Shown one piece after another: positions 9,172-18,229 of a stretch of DNA of 64,000 nucleotides. Below the pieces are notes generated by a model. That model worked only from the letters and a program-made list of their open reading frames with translations, ran no database searches and was not told where the DNA came from. Each line of letters begins with the position of its first letter. Position 1 is the first letter of the stretch. The stretch covers positions 13,664 to 77,663 of the forward strand of contig CANHQP010000010.1 in assembly GCA_947462925.1 (NCBI GenBank). The letters are read 5' to 3'. Position numbers and translations under genes: made by a program. This stretch comes from Flavobacteriia bacterium. Lineage in GTDB: Bacteria; Bacteroidota; Bacteroidia; Flavobacteriales_D; Crocinitomicaceae.

Positions 9172-10455
9172 TCATTTAGCTGGTAAAACTTTGGTAGAAA
9201 CTTCACCAAAACCTATTCTAATTCCATTTTTTTCACTGAAACCTTTCATAATAACGGTATCATTATCTAAAATAAATCTTCTTTCAGAACCGTCTTTCAT
9301 CATCAATGGTTTCGTTCCCTTCCAAGCTAATTCTAGCATAGAACCATATGAATCTTCGGTTGGACCAGAAATTGTTCCTGATCCCATCAAATCTCCGCAG
9401 CGAACATTGCAACCGTTTACGGTATGATGCGCTAATTGTTGCGCCATATTCCAATACATGTGCTTAAAATTAGATCTACTCACAATATTTTCTTCTCCAG
9501 ATTGAGTTTGTATAATCACTTCTAAATTAATATCATAAGATTTTTGACCCTGAAATTCTAAATAACTCAAAACTGCAGGATCTTGATCTGGCCCATCCAC
9601 TTTAAAAGGCTGCAAAGCATCTAAAGTTACAATCCAAGGAGATAAACTTGACGCAAAGTTTTTAGCTAAAAATGGACCTAATGGCACATACTCCCAAGTT
9701 TGAATGTCTCTTGCAGACCAATCGTTAAACAAACACATTCCAAAAATATAATCCTCCGCTTCTTCTGTTGAAATAGAATCTCCCAAAGGTTTTCCATCAA
9801 AAGTGATAAAAGCAGTTTCCAATTCAAAATCTAGATTTCTACAAGGTGCAAAAATTGGATTTTCCTCCGGATTTGGTTTGATTTGTCCTTTAGGTCTATG
9901 AATTGGTTCGCCTGAAATAATTACAGAACTGGCGCGACCATGATAACCAACAGGAATCCACAACCAATTTGGCAACAAAGCATTCGCAGGATCGCGAAAC
10001 ATGGTTCCTACATTTGTTGCATGTTCTCTGCTCGAATAAAAATCCGTATAGTCACCAATTTGAACTGGCATACACATTTGCACTTTATCAATAGGAATAA
10101 GCACCTGTGCAACATGATGTTCGTTATTCTTCAAATCACTATTTTCAGTACTCAATAACTTTGAAATTCGATTTCTCAAATCTCTTGTTGCTTTTTTTCC
10201 CTTTTTCATTAGACTGTTAAGGAAAGGATTGTCAAAATCTTCAGGACCAAAAGCCAAGTTTTCAAGATAACCTAAAACATATAAAGTCTTTAAGTCAAGC
10301 ACAAAATCTCCAATTCGAACTGCTGCTCGTTTTGACAAACTACCAGATTCTATGATACCAAAGGGTAAATTTTGAATAGGAAAATCTGATCCTGTTGGGA
10401 TCTCAATCCATGACTTTAATGCGGGATTATTAGCTGCTATTTGAGTTGATTCCAT
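9172..10455 (-). CDS. fahA: Fumarylacetoacetase (tyrosine catabolism)
   Basis: The N-terminal FAH domain motif SWIEIPTGSDFPIQNLPFG and the C-terminal FAH fold are recognisable. The ORF-track start at 10491 is TTG; the first ATG is 10455 (MESTQ). Confidence 0.85.
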   Translation of the reverse strand: MESTQIAANNPALKSWIEIPTGSDFPIQNLPFGIIESGSLSKRAAVRIGDFVLDLKTLYVLGYLENLAFGPEDFDNPFLNSLMKKGKKATRDLRNRISKLLSTENSDLKNNEHHVAQVLIPIDKVQMCMPVQIGDYTDFYSSREHATNVGTMFRDPANALLPNWLWIPVGYHGRASSVIISGEPIHRPKGQIKPNPEENPIFAPCRNLDFELETAFITFDGKPLGDSISTEEAEDYIFGMCLFNDWSARDIQTWEYVPLGPFLAKNFASSLSPWIVTLDALQPFKVDGPDQDPAVLSYLEFQGQKSYDINLEVIIQTQSGEENIVSRSNFKHMYWNMAQQLAHHTVNGCNVRCGDLMGSGTISGPTEDSYGSMLELAWKGTKPLMMKDGSERRFILDNDTVIMKGFSEKNGIRIGFGEVSTKVLPAK

Positions 10456-10727
10456 CTTTGAACTTGAAATTAGTATTGAATTGAATGACAAATATAATGA
10501 ATTAGAAGCATTTAAAATTCTCTCTTTAATTAGTTTGAAGACAAAAAATTACATAAAAGTTTGCTCTAAAAGAACACAAATAAAGTAAAATAAAAACAAA
10601 AAGTAATTTTTACCATAAATTAAATAAAAAATACTTTCCATGGTAAATTAATTTATGGATTTTTGCAAAGTCTAATCGATTTGATTAAAGGACAAAAATT
10701 TATTTAAAAATTTACAAATTAAAAAAC

Positions 10728-11309
10728 ATGAAAACAATTAAAATTACTTTGATGCTTGCTGTCGTAGCATTATTCTCATTCACTGTTGTAGAACAATTTA
10801 GCTACACAGTTGACAATGCACACTCACGTTTAGGATTCACAATCAAACACATGGGTATTTCTGATTTCAACGGAAATTTCGGAAAATTCGAAACTAAAAT
10901 CACTACTTCTAAAGAAGATTTTTCTGATGCTGTTGTTGAACTTACAGCAGATGTAAATACAATCAATACAGGAAATGAAATGCGTGATGGCCACTTAAAA
11001 AGCGCAGACTTTTTCGAGACTGAAAAATTCCCAACATTGACTTTTAAAAGTACTTCTTTCAAGTTAGTAAAAGGTAAAAATTACAAAATTGAAGGTGATT
11101 TAACTATGCATGGTGTTACAAAGAAAATTATTTTAGACGCATTACATTACGGAAATGCTGAAAATCCTCAAAACAAAAAAGTGGTTGCTGGATTTAAAGT
11201 TTCAGGAGTTGTTAAACGTTCTGAGTTTGGTATTGGTGCAGGTTTCCCAGCTCCAGGTTTGAGTGATGAAGTTAATTTACTTGCTGACTTAGAATTGGGA
11301 AGAAACTAA
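10728..11309 (+). CDS. YceI-family periplasmic polyisoprenoid-binding protein
   Basis: Signal peptide, then the YceI core: YTVDNAHSRLGFTIKHMGISDFNGNF, INTGNEMRDGHLKSADFF, LTMHGVTK. Confidence 0.85.
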   Translation: MKTIKITLMLAVVALFSFTVVEQFSYTVDNAHSRLGFTIKHMGISDFNGNFGKFETKITTSKEDFSDAVVELTADVNTINTGNEMRDGHLKSADFFETEKFPTLTFKSTSFKLVKGKNYKIEGDLTMHGVTKKIILDALHYGNAENPQNKKVVAGFKVSGVVKRSEFGIGAGFPAPGLSDEVNLLADLELGRN

Positions 11310-11343
11310 TCAATCTTTTAGTTGTTTAGTAAAAAAACATTAT

Positions 11344-11380
11344 ACTGGGTTCGATTGTTTTTGCATCGGATCCAGTTTTT
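11344..11380 (+). terminator. Rho-independent terminator after the first yceI paralog
   Basis: 12-bp stem, 11344-11355 actgggttcgat pairing with 11365-11376 atcggatccagt (two G-U pairs), followed by TTTT. Confidence 0.5.
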
Positions 11381-11426
11381 ACAATACTAGTTCCAAAATT
11401 TACATTCAATTACAAATCAAACAATC

Positions 11427-11948
11427 ATGAAAAAATTAGTATTTTCTGCAATTACACTTTTATTTTTAACAGCTGTTTTTGCATTCACAACCTTACAAAA
11501 CTGGAAAATCAAAGAAACACACCAAATTACTTTTTCTAGCAATGACATAAATGGTGTTTTCAAAACTTTTACTGGTACAATCTCTTTTGATCCAGCAGAT
11601 TTGGCCAAATCTAAATTTGATTTAACAGTAGATGTAGCTTCAATCAATACGGGAAATGGTATGATGAATAAACATGCCAAAGGAGATGATTGGTTTAATG
11701 CTGAGAAATATCCTTCAATAAAATTCATTTCTTCAAAAATTGAAAAATCTGGAACAGATTTCAAAGCAACTGGAACTTTAGAAATGCACGGAATTAAAAA
11801 AGATTTTACAGTACCTTTTAGTTTCAAAAAGAACATTTTTAAAGCCAATTTTTCAGTTAACAGAACGGATTTCAAAGTTGGAAAAGCAGACAATGATGTG
11901 TCAACAGTATTAAAAATTGAGGCGACAATTCCTGTTGCAAAAAAATAA
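11427..11948 (+). CDS. YceI-family protein (second paralog)
   Basis: Signal peptide plus YceI blocks: INTGNGMMNKHAKGDDWF, LEMHGIKK. Confidence 0.85.
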   Translation: MKKLVFSAITLLFLTAVFAFTTLQNWKIKETHQITFSSNDINGVFKTFTGTISFDPADLAKSKFDLTVDVASINTGNGMMNKHAKGDDWFNAEKYPSIKFISSKIEKSGTDFKATGTLEMHGIKKDFTVPFSFKKNIFKANFSVNRTDFKVGKADNDVSTVLKIEATIPVAKK

Positions 11949-11965
11949 GTTGAAATTTTTCTAAG

Positions 11966-12004
11966 CAAAAAAAATGCTTCACAATTTGTGAAGCATTTTT
12001 TATT
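11966..12004. terminator. Bidirectional rho-independent terminator between yceI (+) and ychF (-)
   Basis: Perfect hairpin at 11971-11999: aaaatgcttcaca, loop att, tgtgaagcatttt. An A-run lies on the left and a T-run on the right. Confidence 0.8.
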
Positions 12005-12022
12005 TTCTATCAAGTCAATAGA

Positions 12023-13120
12023 TTAAACATTGAATCTAAAATGCATAATATCACCATCTTCAACTATGTACTCTTTTCCTTCCACTTTAAATTTTCCAGC
12101 TTCCTTAACAGCAGCTTCAGAACCAAGTGTTGTAAAATCGATAAATTTCATTACTTCAGCACGGATAAATCCTTTTTCAAAATCTGAATGAATTACACTT
12201 GCTGCTTGTGGTGCAGTCATACCACGTGTAATTGTCCAAGCGCGAACTTCTTTTACTCCTGCAGTGAAGTACGTTTGTAATTTCAACAAAGCATAAGCAG
12301 AGCGAATTAAACGGTTAACACCAGATTCTTCCAAACCTAATTCATCCAAGAACATTTGTCTTTCTTCGAAAGTTTCCAATTCAGTGATATCTGCCTCAAT
12401 TTTAGCACCAATAACCAAAACTTCTGCGTCTTCATCTTTCACATTTTCTTTGACAATGTCGACGTATTTATTTCCAGTTTTCACAGAAGCTTCGTCAACA
12501 TTACAAAGGTATAATACTGGTTTTGAAGTAATCAATTGAAATTTATGAACGATTTCCCATTCTTTTTCATCCAATTCCATAGCACGAACAGATTTTCCTT
12601 GCTCCAAATGTGCTTTGACCTTGATTGCCAATTCATTTTCTTTCAAAATATCTTTGTCGCCAGATTTTAAATTTCTTGCCAAACCTGCGATTCTTTTTTC
12701 GATCGTTTCAAAGTCTTTCAATTGCAATTCAATGTCAATCACTTCTTTGTCGCGAATTGGATTTACCGAACCATCGACGTGAATGATATTTCCATCGTCA
12801 AAACAACGCAAAACGTGAATAATTGCATCCGTCTCACGAATGTTTGCCAAAAACTGATTTCCGAGTCCTTCGCCTTTGGAAGCACCTTTTACCAATCCGG
12901 CGATATCTACGATTTCCATGGTTGTAGGAACTACGCGCTCAGGATTTACAATTGCTTCCAATTTTTCTAATCGAGGATCAGGAACAGAGATTGTACCAAC
13001 ATTCGGTTCGATTGTACAAAAAGGAAAATTCGCTGATTGCGCTTTTGCGTTGGATAAACAATTAAACAAAGTAGATTTACCTACATTTGGTAATCCAACA
13101 ATTCCACATTTTAATGCCAT
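12023..13120 (-). CDS. ychF: Redox-regulated ribosome-binding ATPase YchF
   Basis: 365 aa. G1 loop GIVGLPNVGKSTLFN, with the conserved YchF coiled-coil and TGS domains. Confidence 0.95.
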   Translation of the reverse strand: MALKCGIVGLPNVGKSTLFNCLSNAKAQSANFPFCTIEPNVGTISVPDPRLEKLEAIVNPERVVPTTMEIVDIAGLVKGASKGEGLGNQFLANIRETDAIIHVLRCFDDGNIIHVDGSVNPIRDKEVIDIELQLKDFETIEKRIAGLARNLKSGDKDILKENELAIKVKAHLEQGKSVRAMELDEKEWEIVHKFQLITSKPVLYLCNVDEASVKTGNKYVDIVKENVKDEDAEVLVIGAKIEADITELETFEERQMFLDELGLEESGVNRLIRSAYALLKLQTYFTAGVKEVRAWTITRGMTAPQAASVIHSDFEKGFIRAEVMKFIDFTTLGSEAAVKEAGKFKVEGKEYIVEDGDIMHFRFNV

Positions 13121-13231
13121 TTGAAAAAAATTTGTGCAAAGGTAAGGAAATCATTGGAAAATACAGGTTGAATTCACTTAAATATGAACCTAAGTTCAAT
13201 CAAAGAAGTATGATCAAACCTAAATATCTTA

Positions 13232-13684
13232 CTAATTTCTTGACAAAAAATCGCCTATTTTCATTTTAAATTTTGAATCCAAATCCCCAACTTTCTCTAC
13301 CAAGGGATTGTAAACAAAATGCTGTGAATGATCAATAATTTGTTTGAAAGGAACTAAATTCTGTTCGCCATTTTCATCTTCAACCCACATTTTTAAGCGA
13401 TTAAAAAAATCAACTTTTAATTCTTGACCAACTGATTTGATAAATCTTACAGAGGAGTCAATCGAACAACCTGAAGCGTTCTCGTGTGTTAAATCTACCG
13501 CCAATGCAACGAAATATGGATTCAAAACTTCACCTGCTGCTTTCAATTGATTTCCATGCGCGGCCCATTGTTTTGTAAATTCTTCCAATTGCTCATTCAA
13601 CCAAGTAATTTCGGTAGAATTAAGTGGTCGGTTGGTTTGATACAACCACAATTTTGACTCTGGATTTAATTCTTTGATGCGCAT
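13232..13684 (-). CDS. Conserved hypothetical protein, co-oriented with the Fe-S oxidoreductase pair
   Basis: 150-aa ORF starting 5 nt after the stop of the upstream gene. No motif recognised. Confidence 0.5.
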   Translation of the reverse strand: MRIKELNPESKLWLYQTNRPLNSTEITWLNEQLEEFTKQWAAHGNQLKAAGEVLNPYFVALAVDLTHENASGCSIDSSVRFIKSVGQELKVDFFNRLKMWVEDENGEQNLVPFKQIIDHSQHFVYNPLVEKVGDLDSKFKMKIGDFLSRN

Positions 13685-13689
13685 ATTTC

Positions 13690-14481
13690 TTATAAATCAG
13701 CAGCGTTTGCAATCAATTCGGCAACGTCTAATACTTGGATATCATTTTCTTTATTGAAGTTTTTCACGCCATCTGTCATCATGGTATTGCAAAATGGGCA
13801 ACCGGTTGCGATAATTTCAGCATTTGTTTCCAAAGCATCTTCGGTACGTTCAACGTTAATTTCTTTGTTTCCTTTTTCAGCTTCTTTGAACATTTGAGCA
13901 CCACCAGCACCACAACACAAACCGTTTGTTTTGCAACGTTTCATCTCAATCAATTCCGCATCTAGTTTTTCGATTAATGAGCGAGGTGCTTCATAGACAT
14001 CATTTGCACGACCCAAATAGCAAGGGTCGTGGAAAGTAATTTTTTTGCCTTTGTATGTTCCTCCACCTTCGATTGAAAGTTTTCCATCATTGATTAATCC
14101 TTGAATCAATTGCGTGTGGTGAATCACTTCATAATTTCCGCCTAGCTCAGGATATTCGTTTTTCAAAGTATTGAAACAGTGAGGACAAGCCGTAACGATT
14201 TTTTTCACTTCGTAACCGTCCAACACTTGAATATTCATCATTGCTTGCATTTGGAAAGTAAATTCATTTCCAGCGCGTTTTGCAGGATCTCCAGTACAAC
14301 TTTCTTCCGTTCCTAGCACTGCAAATTTCACATCACATTTGTTCAAAATTTTAACAACTGCTTTCGTGATTTTCTTTGCTCTATCATCAAAACTTCCAGA
14401 ACATCCTACCCAAAATAAAATATCAGGAGTTTCTCCTTGAGCCATCATTTCTGCCATTGTAGGCACTTTCAAAACACTCAT
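13690..14481 (-). CDS. (Fe-S)-binding protein with two cysteine-rich CCG domains (HdrB/GlpC/LutA-like)
   Basis: Two CCG-type modules: CPHCFNTL, then CCGAGGAQ and CPFCNTM. Confidence 0.75.
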   Translation of the reverse strand: MSVLKVPTMAEMMAQGETPDILFWVGCSGSFDDRAKKITKAVVKILNKCDVKFAVLGTEESCTGDPAKRAGNEFTFQMQAMMNIQVLDGYEVKKIVTACPHCFNTLKNEYPELGGNYEVIHHTQLIQGLINDGKLSIEGGGTYKGKKITFHDPCYLGRANDVYEAPRSLIEKLDAELIEMKRCKTNGLCCGAGGAQMFKEAEKGNKEINVERTEDALETNAEIIATGCPFCNTMMTDGVKNFNKENDIQVLDVAELIANAADL

Positions 14482-14502
14482 AATTCTTTTATTAAAGTCT
14501 AT

Positions 14503-15828
14503 TTAAGCTTCGTCTTTCCAATTCAACCTGTCTGCAGGTGAAAATTGCCAAGGCGCTCCATTATTTTCAATATTTGTCAACATTCCTGTTAATTCTGAAG
14601 GCATTTTAGATTCTTCCATCACCAAATATCTTCTCAAATCAACGATAATTGAAAGTGGGTCAATATTTACTGGACATTCCTGAACGCAAGCGTTGCAAGA
14701 AGTACAAGCCCAAATTTCCTCTTCAGAAATGTAATCGCCAATCAAACTTTTTCCGTCGTTATAATCTTTGCCATTCTTGCGAATTCCTTCTCCTACTTCC
14801 ACCAAACGATCTCTGGTGTCCATCATGATTTTTCTCGGAGACAACAATTTTCCAGTCTGGTTTGCAGGACATGCAGAAGTACATCTTCCACATTCTGTAC
14901 AAGTGTAAGCATCCAATAAATTTTTCCAAGTCAAATCGGTCACATCTTTCGCACCGAATCTTTGAGGAGTGGCATCTGCTGGAGCTGCTGCATATGGGTC
15001 AGCATTGGGGTCCATCATTAATTTTACTTCAGCAGTCACAGATTCCATATTGGTGAACTTTCCTTTTTTCTCCAAATTAGAATACCAAGTATTCGGAAAA
15101 GCCAACACGATGTGAAAATGTTTGGAATATGGCAAGTAATTCAAAAATCCAAAAACCATCGCAATATGTCCCCACCAGCCAATTCTTTCAATCAAATGTA
15201 AGCCATGTTCAGAAACAGAACCGAAAAGCGCTGGACCAATTAAACTGCTGATTGAAAAACCAAGTGATCCTTGTCCTTCTAGGTGCGATTTTCCTTGTGA
15301 ATACAAAACCTCATCAGCACCATTCATCATAAAAATAAAACAAATCAAGGTGATTTCTGCAATCAAAATCAAGTTAGCATCTTGCTTTGGCCAACCAGAT
15401 AATTCCTTCATTGTGAGTCTTGGTAATTTCAATAAATTTCTTCTTGCCAAAAATATAACCGTTGCGATAAAAGCTAAGACAGATAAAATTTCAATGAAAC
15501 TTACCATGAATGTATAAAAACCACCTAATGAATCATGAAACATTCTGTGATTGCCAGTTAAACCATCCGCAATAATTTCAATCAATTCAATTTGCGTAAT
15601 TACAAATGCCGCATACAAACACAAGTGCAACAAGGCAGGAATTGGTCTAGCGAACATCTTCTTTTGTCCCAAAGCAACCAAGGTCATGATTTTCCATCTT
15701 TCACCTTTTTGATCATTTCGATTGATGTCTTTTCCAAGTAAAATATTGGAACGAACCTTCGAAATGTTCCAACCAAAAAAACCAAAACCAACGATTGTTA
15801 AAACCGCAAAAACTATAATAGCTAACAT
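14503..15828 (-). CDS. Integral-membrane 2x[4Fe-4S] ferredoxin-domain protein (HdrC/DsrK-type module fused to a polytopic membrane domain)
   Basis: The N-terminal ~250 aa has about 5-6 TM helices containing conserved His residues. The C-terminus carries CTECGRCTSACP and CTSCNACVQECP cluster motifs. Confidence 0.7.
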   Translation of the reverse strand: MLAIIVFAVLTIVGFGFFGWNISKVRSNILLGKDINRNDQKGERWKIMTLVALGQKKMFARPIPALLHLCLYAAFVITQIELIEIIADGLTGNHRMFHDSLGGFYTFMVSFIEILSVLAFIATVIFLARRNLLKLPRLTMKELSGWPKQDANLILIAEITLICFIFMMNGADEVLYSQGKSHLEGQGSLGFSISSLIGPALFGSVSEHGLHLIERIGWWGHIAMVFGFLNYLPYSKHFHIVLAFPNTWYSNLEKKGKFTNMESVTAEVKLMMDPNADPYAAAPADATPQRFGAKDVTDLTWKNLLDAYTCTECGRCTSACPANQTGKLLSPRKIMMDTRDRLVEVGEGIRKNGKDYNDGKSLIGDYISEEEIWACTSCNACVQECPVNIDPLSIIVDLRRYLVMEESKMPSELTGMLTNIENNGAPWQFSPADRLNWKDEA

Positions 15829-15844
15829 GTTATTTATATTTTAT

Positions 15845-16879
15845 TTATGGCACTGAATCCAATAATTTTCTTAATTTTTTTTCTTCAATTTTTGTAATTG
15901 GAACACCTTTCGTTTTCGCTCCAAGCACAGAGAAATGAACATATCTTTCAGGATGCAACTGCAGATCGTTCACCAAATTTTGCAATTCTTTGTTTGTGTT
16001 TACCAATTCGTCATACAATTTCTGATCATTCAAAAGCATTCCCAAAGTACCTTTACCTTCAGAAGCATTTTTCATCAAATCGTTCATTGTTTTAATCGTC
16101 TTCTGTGCATCTCCAATTACCGTTTTAAAATCCGCAGTTACTAAATCATCTGTGATTTTCTTAGTGTTTCCTACAATCGCAGTGATTTTATCATTACTCA
16201 ATTTCAAATTGGTAGTGATTTCATCCACATTTCTTAAAATATTGTGCAATTGAACTTTTTCAGATTGAACCATTCCTTCAACTTCAATAGCTACATTTCC
16301 AAAACGCTTGATTGCGATTTTAACTTCCTGCATACTTCCTTCTAGAGAAGAAGTTGCTGTAGTATCCCAAAATGCTGAAATAGAACCAATAACACCATCA
16401 ACAGAATTCATCATCTTCTGCAATTTCTGATTGATTGGCTCGACGTATGACTTCACTTGAGAAATGATATCAACCGAAACGACACCTTGAATTTTATCAC
16501 CTGGATTGTAAAAACCTTTGGATAAATCGCCACCAGGTTGAATAATCATTCCTTTGGTGAAAAAATCCAATGCTCCTACCTCGACTGTTGATGAACGAGG
16601 GATTCTGAAATTATCATCTTGAATATTGAATGAAATTAAAACTCTTTTGGAAGAATCCTTTTCTTGTGTTAATTCAACTTTCAATACTTTACCAACCTCT
16701 ACTCCATTAACAATCACTGAACTCGATCCAACAACGCCACCTGAATTTGAAAAATAGGCATAATAAACATCATCACCTCCGAAAAAGCTATTTCCTTTCA
16801 AAAAATTGACACCCAATACCAACAAAGCGATGGCAAAAATGGCAATGATTCCTGTTTTTAATTCTTTAGAAATCGTCAT
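15845..16879 (-). CDS. MlaD/MCE-domain protein (lipid transport ABC system substrate-binding subunit)
   Basis: N-terminal TM anchor, MCE domain (VVGSSSVIVNGVEVGKV) and a long helical C-terminus. Confidence 0.75.
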   Translation of the reverse strand: MTISKELKTGIIAIFAIALLVLGVNFLKGNSFFGGDDVYYAYFSNSGGVVGSSSVIVNGVEVGKVLKVELTQEKDSSKRVLISFNIQDDNFRIPRSSTVEVGALDFFTKGMIIQPGGDLSKGFYNPGDKIQGVVSVDIISQVKSYVEPINQKLQKMMNSVDGVIGSISAFWDTTATSSLEGSMQEVKIAIKRFGNVAIEVEGMVQSEKVQLHNILRNVDEITTNLKLSNDKITAIVGNTKKITDDLVTADFKTVIGDAQKTIKTMNDLMKNASEGKGTLGMLLNDQKLYDELVNTNKELQNLVNDLQLHPERYVHFSVLGAKTKGVPITKIEEKKLRKLLDSVP

Positions 16880-17002
16880 TTATTTTATATTTTTTCAGTA
16901 TTTGTCATACATTTCGACTAAACAGTAATCATTAAAATTCAAAAATAATCAAATCCTTCAAATCAATCCTTACTAAATTAAATATTTAAAAAAAAGACAA
17001 TA

Positions 17003-18139
17003 TTATTTTGCCAATTTGATGGCCTTATCCAAACTAATTCTTTCTCCATTTTGAAAAGCAACTACAAAAGCATACTGAAATCCCTTTTCACGCATTTCGT
17101 TCTTGAATTTCGTCGCTCCTTCGTAATCATTTTCAAAGGTTCCAGCTGTATACTTGAACAATTTATCTTGCTGATACTCCCAGACTTGAACTCCTTTAAA
17201 TCGTGAAGAATTGAGTGCAACTTTTGTTTCTGACGTCTCAATTTGAACCCTGAAAATCACTTTATCATCTACTACAACAACTGGCTCATTCACTACAACA
17301 GGTGTAGGATTTTGCAATACAAATGGCACAGTTGGTTTAACTCCTTTCATCTCATCTACTCCATCCAACTCATTTTTGTACTTTTGAAAAGCTACAAACA
17401 TCGCATCAGCCATCTTGGTTTGTGAAAGTGTGTCACTCAAAAAGCGTTCTTCCTCAGGATTTGTTAAAAAACCTGATTCAATCAATACAGAAGGCATCGT
17501 CGTTTTGTATAAAACCAAAAATCCAGCTTGTTTTACACCACGATCATAACGTCCTAATTTTTTAAATTCACCTTGCAGTTTCGATGCAAAACTGATTGAT
17601 TGATCCAAGAAAATGGCCAATTGTAATTGCCTTGCAATCAACGCGTCCGGACTCAAGTCAAAATCTTTGTACTTTTCGCCACCATCAGCTTCCAAGTATA
17701 TGGTGCTATTTTCTCGTTCTGCTATTTTTTGTTGAGATTCAGTTCGATGCAAGCCTAAAACATAGGTTTCAGCACCAAAAGCACCAGCTGCAGCAGAATT
17801 AGCATGAATACAAATAAACAAATCTGCCTTGTTCTTATTGGCGATTTTTGCACGATCATCAAGTTCAACAAAGACATCCGAATCTCTTGTATAAACCACT
17901 TTTATCCCTGGAAAGGTGGACTTTATTTTTGCGCCCAATTTTAAGGCAATATTTAAACAAACTGTTTTTTCATTCGAGGAAGCACCATGACAACCTGGAT
18001 CTTTCCCACCATGACCCGCATCGATACAAACGGTTTTGATGACTGAAAGTCCAGATTCTTCAGTTTGAGCAATAGAATTTACCGATGTAAATAACATCAG
18101 CACAATAAAAATGGCATGGATTCTGTTAATAGCAAACAT
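17003..18139 (-). CDS. N-acetylmuramoyl-L-alanine amidase (Amidase_3) with C-terminal SPOR domain
   Basis: VCIDAGHGGKDPG and ICIHANS Zn-amidase motifs, with a SPOR-like C-terminus. Start moved to ATG 18139 (MFAINRIHAIFIVLML, signal peptide). Confidence 0.85.
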   Translation of the reverse strand: MFAINRIHAIFIVLMLFTSVNSIAQTEESGLSVIKTVCIDAGHGGKDPGCHGASSNEKTVCLNIALKLGAKIKSTFPGIKVVYTRDSDVFVELDDRAKIANKNKADLFICIHANSAAAGAFGAETYVLGLHRTESQQKIAERENSTIYLEADGGEKYKDFDLSPDALIARQLQLAIFLDQSISFASKLQGEFKKLGRYDRGVKQAGFLVLYKTTMPSVLIESGFLTNPEEERFLSDTLSQTKMADAMFVAFQKYKNELDGVDEMKGVKPTVPFVLQNPTPVVVNEPVVVVDDKVIFRVQIETSETKVALNSSRFKGVQVWEYQQDKLFKYTAGTFENDYEGATKFKNEMREKGFQYAFVVAFQNGERISLDKAIKLAK

Positions 18140-18229
18140 TTTTTCTGCTTGAGTATAGGTAATTTTATAGCTTTGTATTCGAATTTTCATTGCATAAATT
18201 GCTTTCAATACAAAAATAGTCTTAATTCA

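Noticed and set aside
11417-12013. 198-aa minus-strand ORF covering the second yceI gene
   Set aside because: It lies entirely antisense to a gene with clear YceI motifs and a signal peptide. Its product has no recognisable motif and it runs through the bidirectional terminator. This is a typical shadow ORF in AT-rich DNA.
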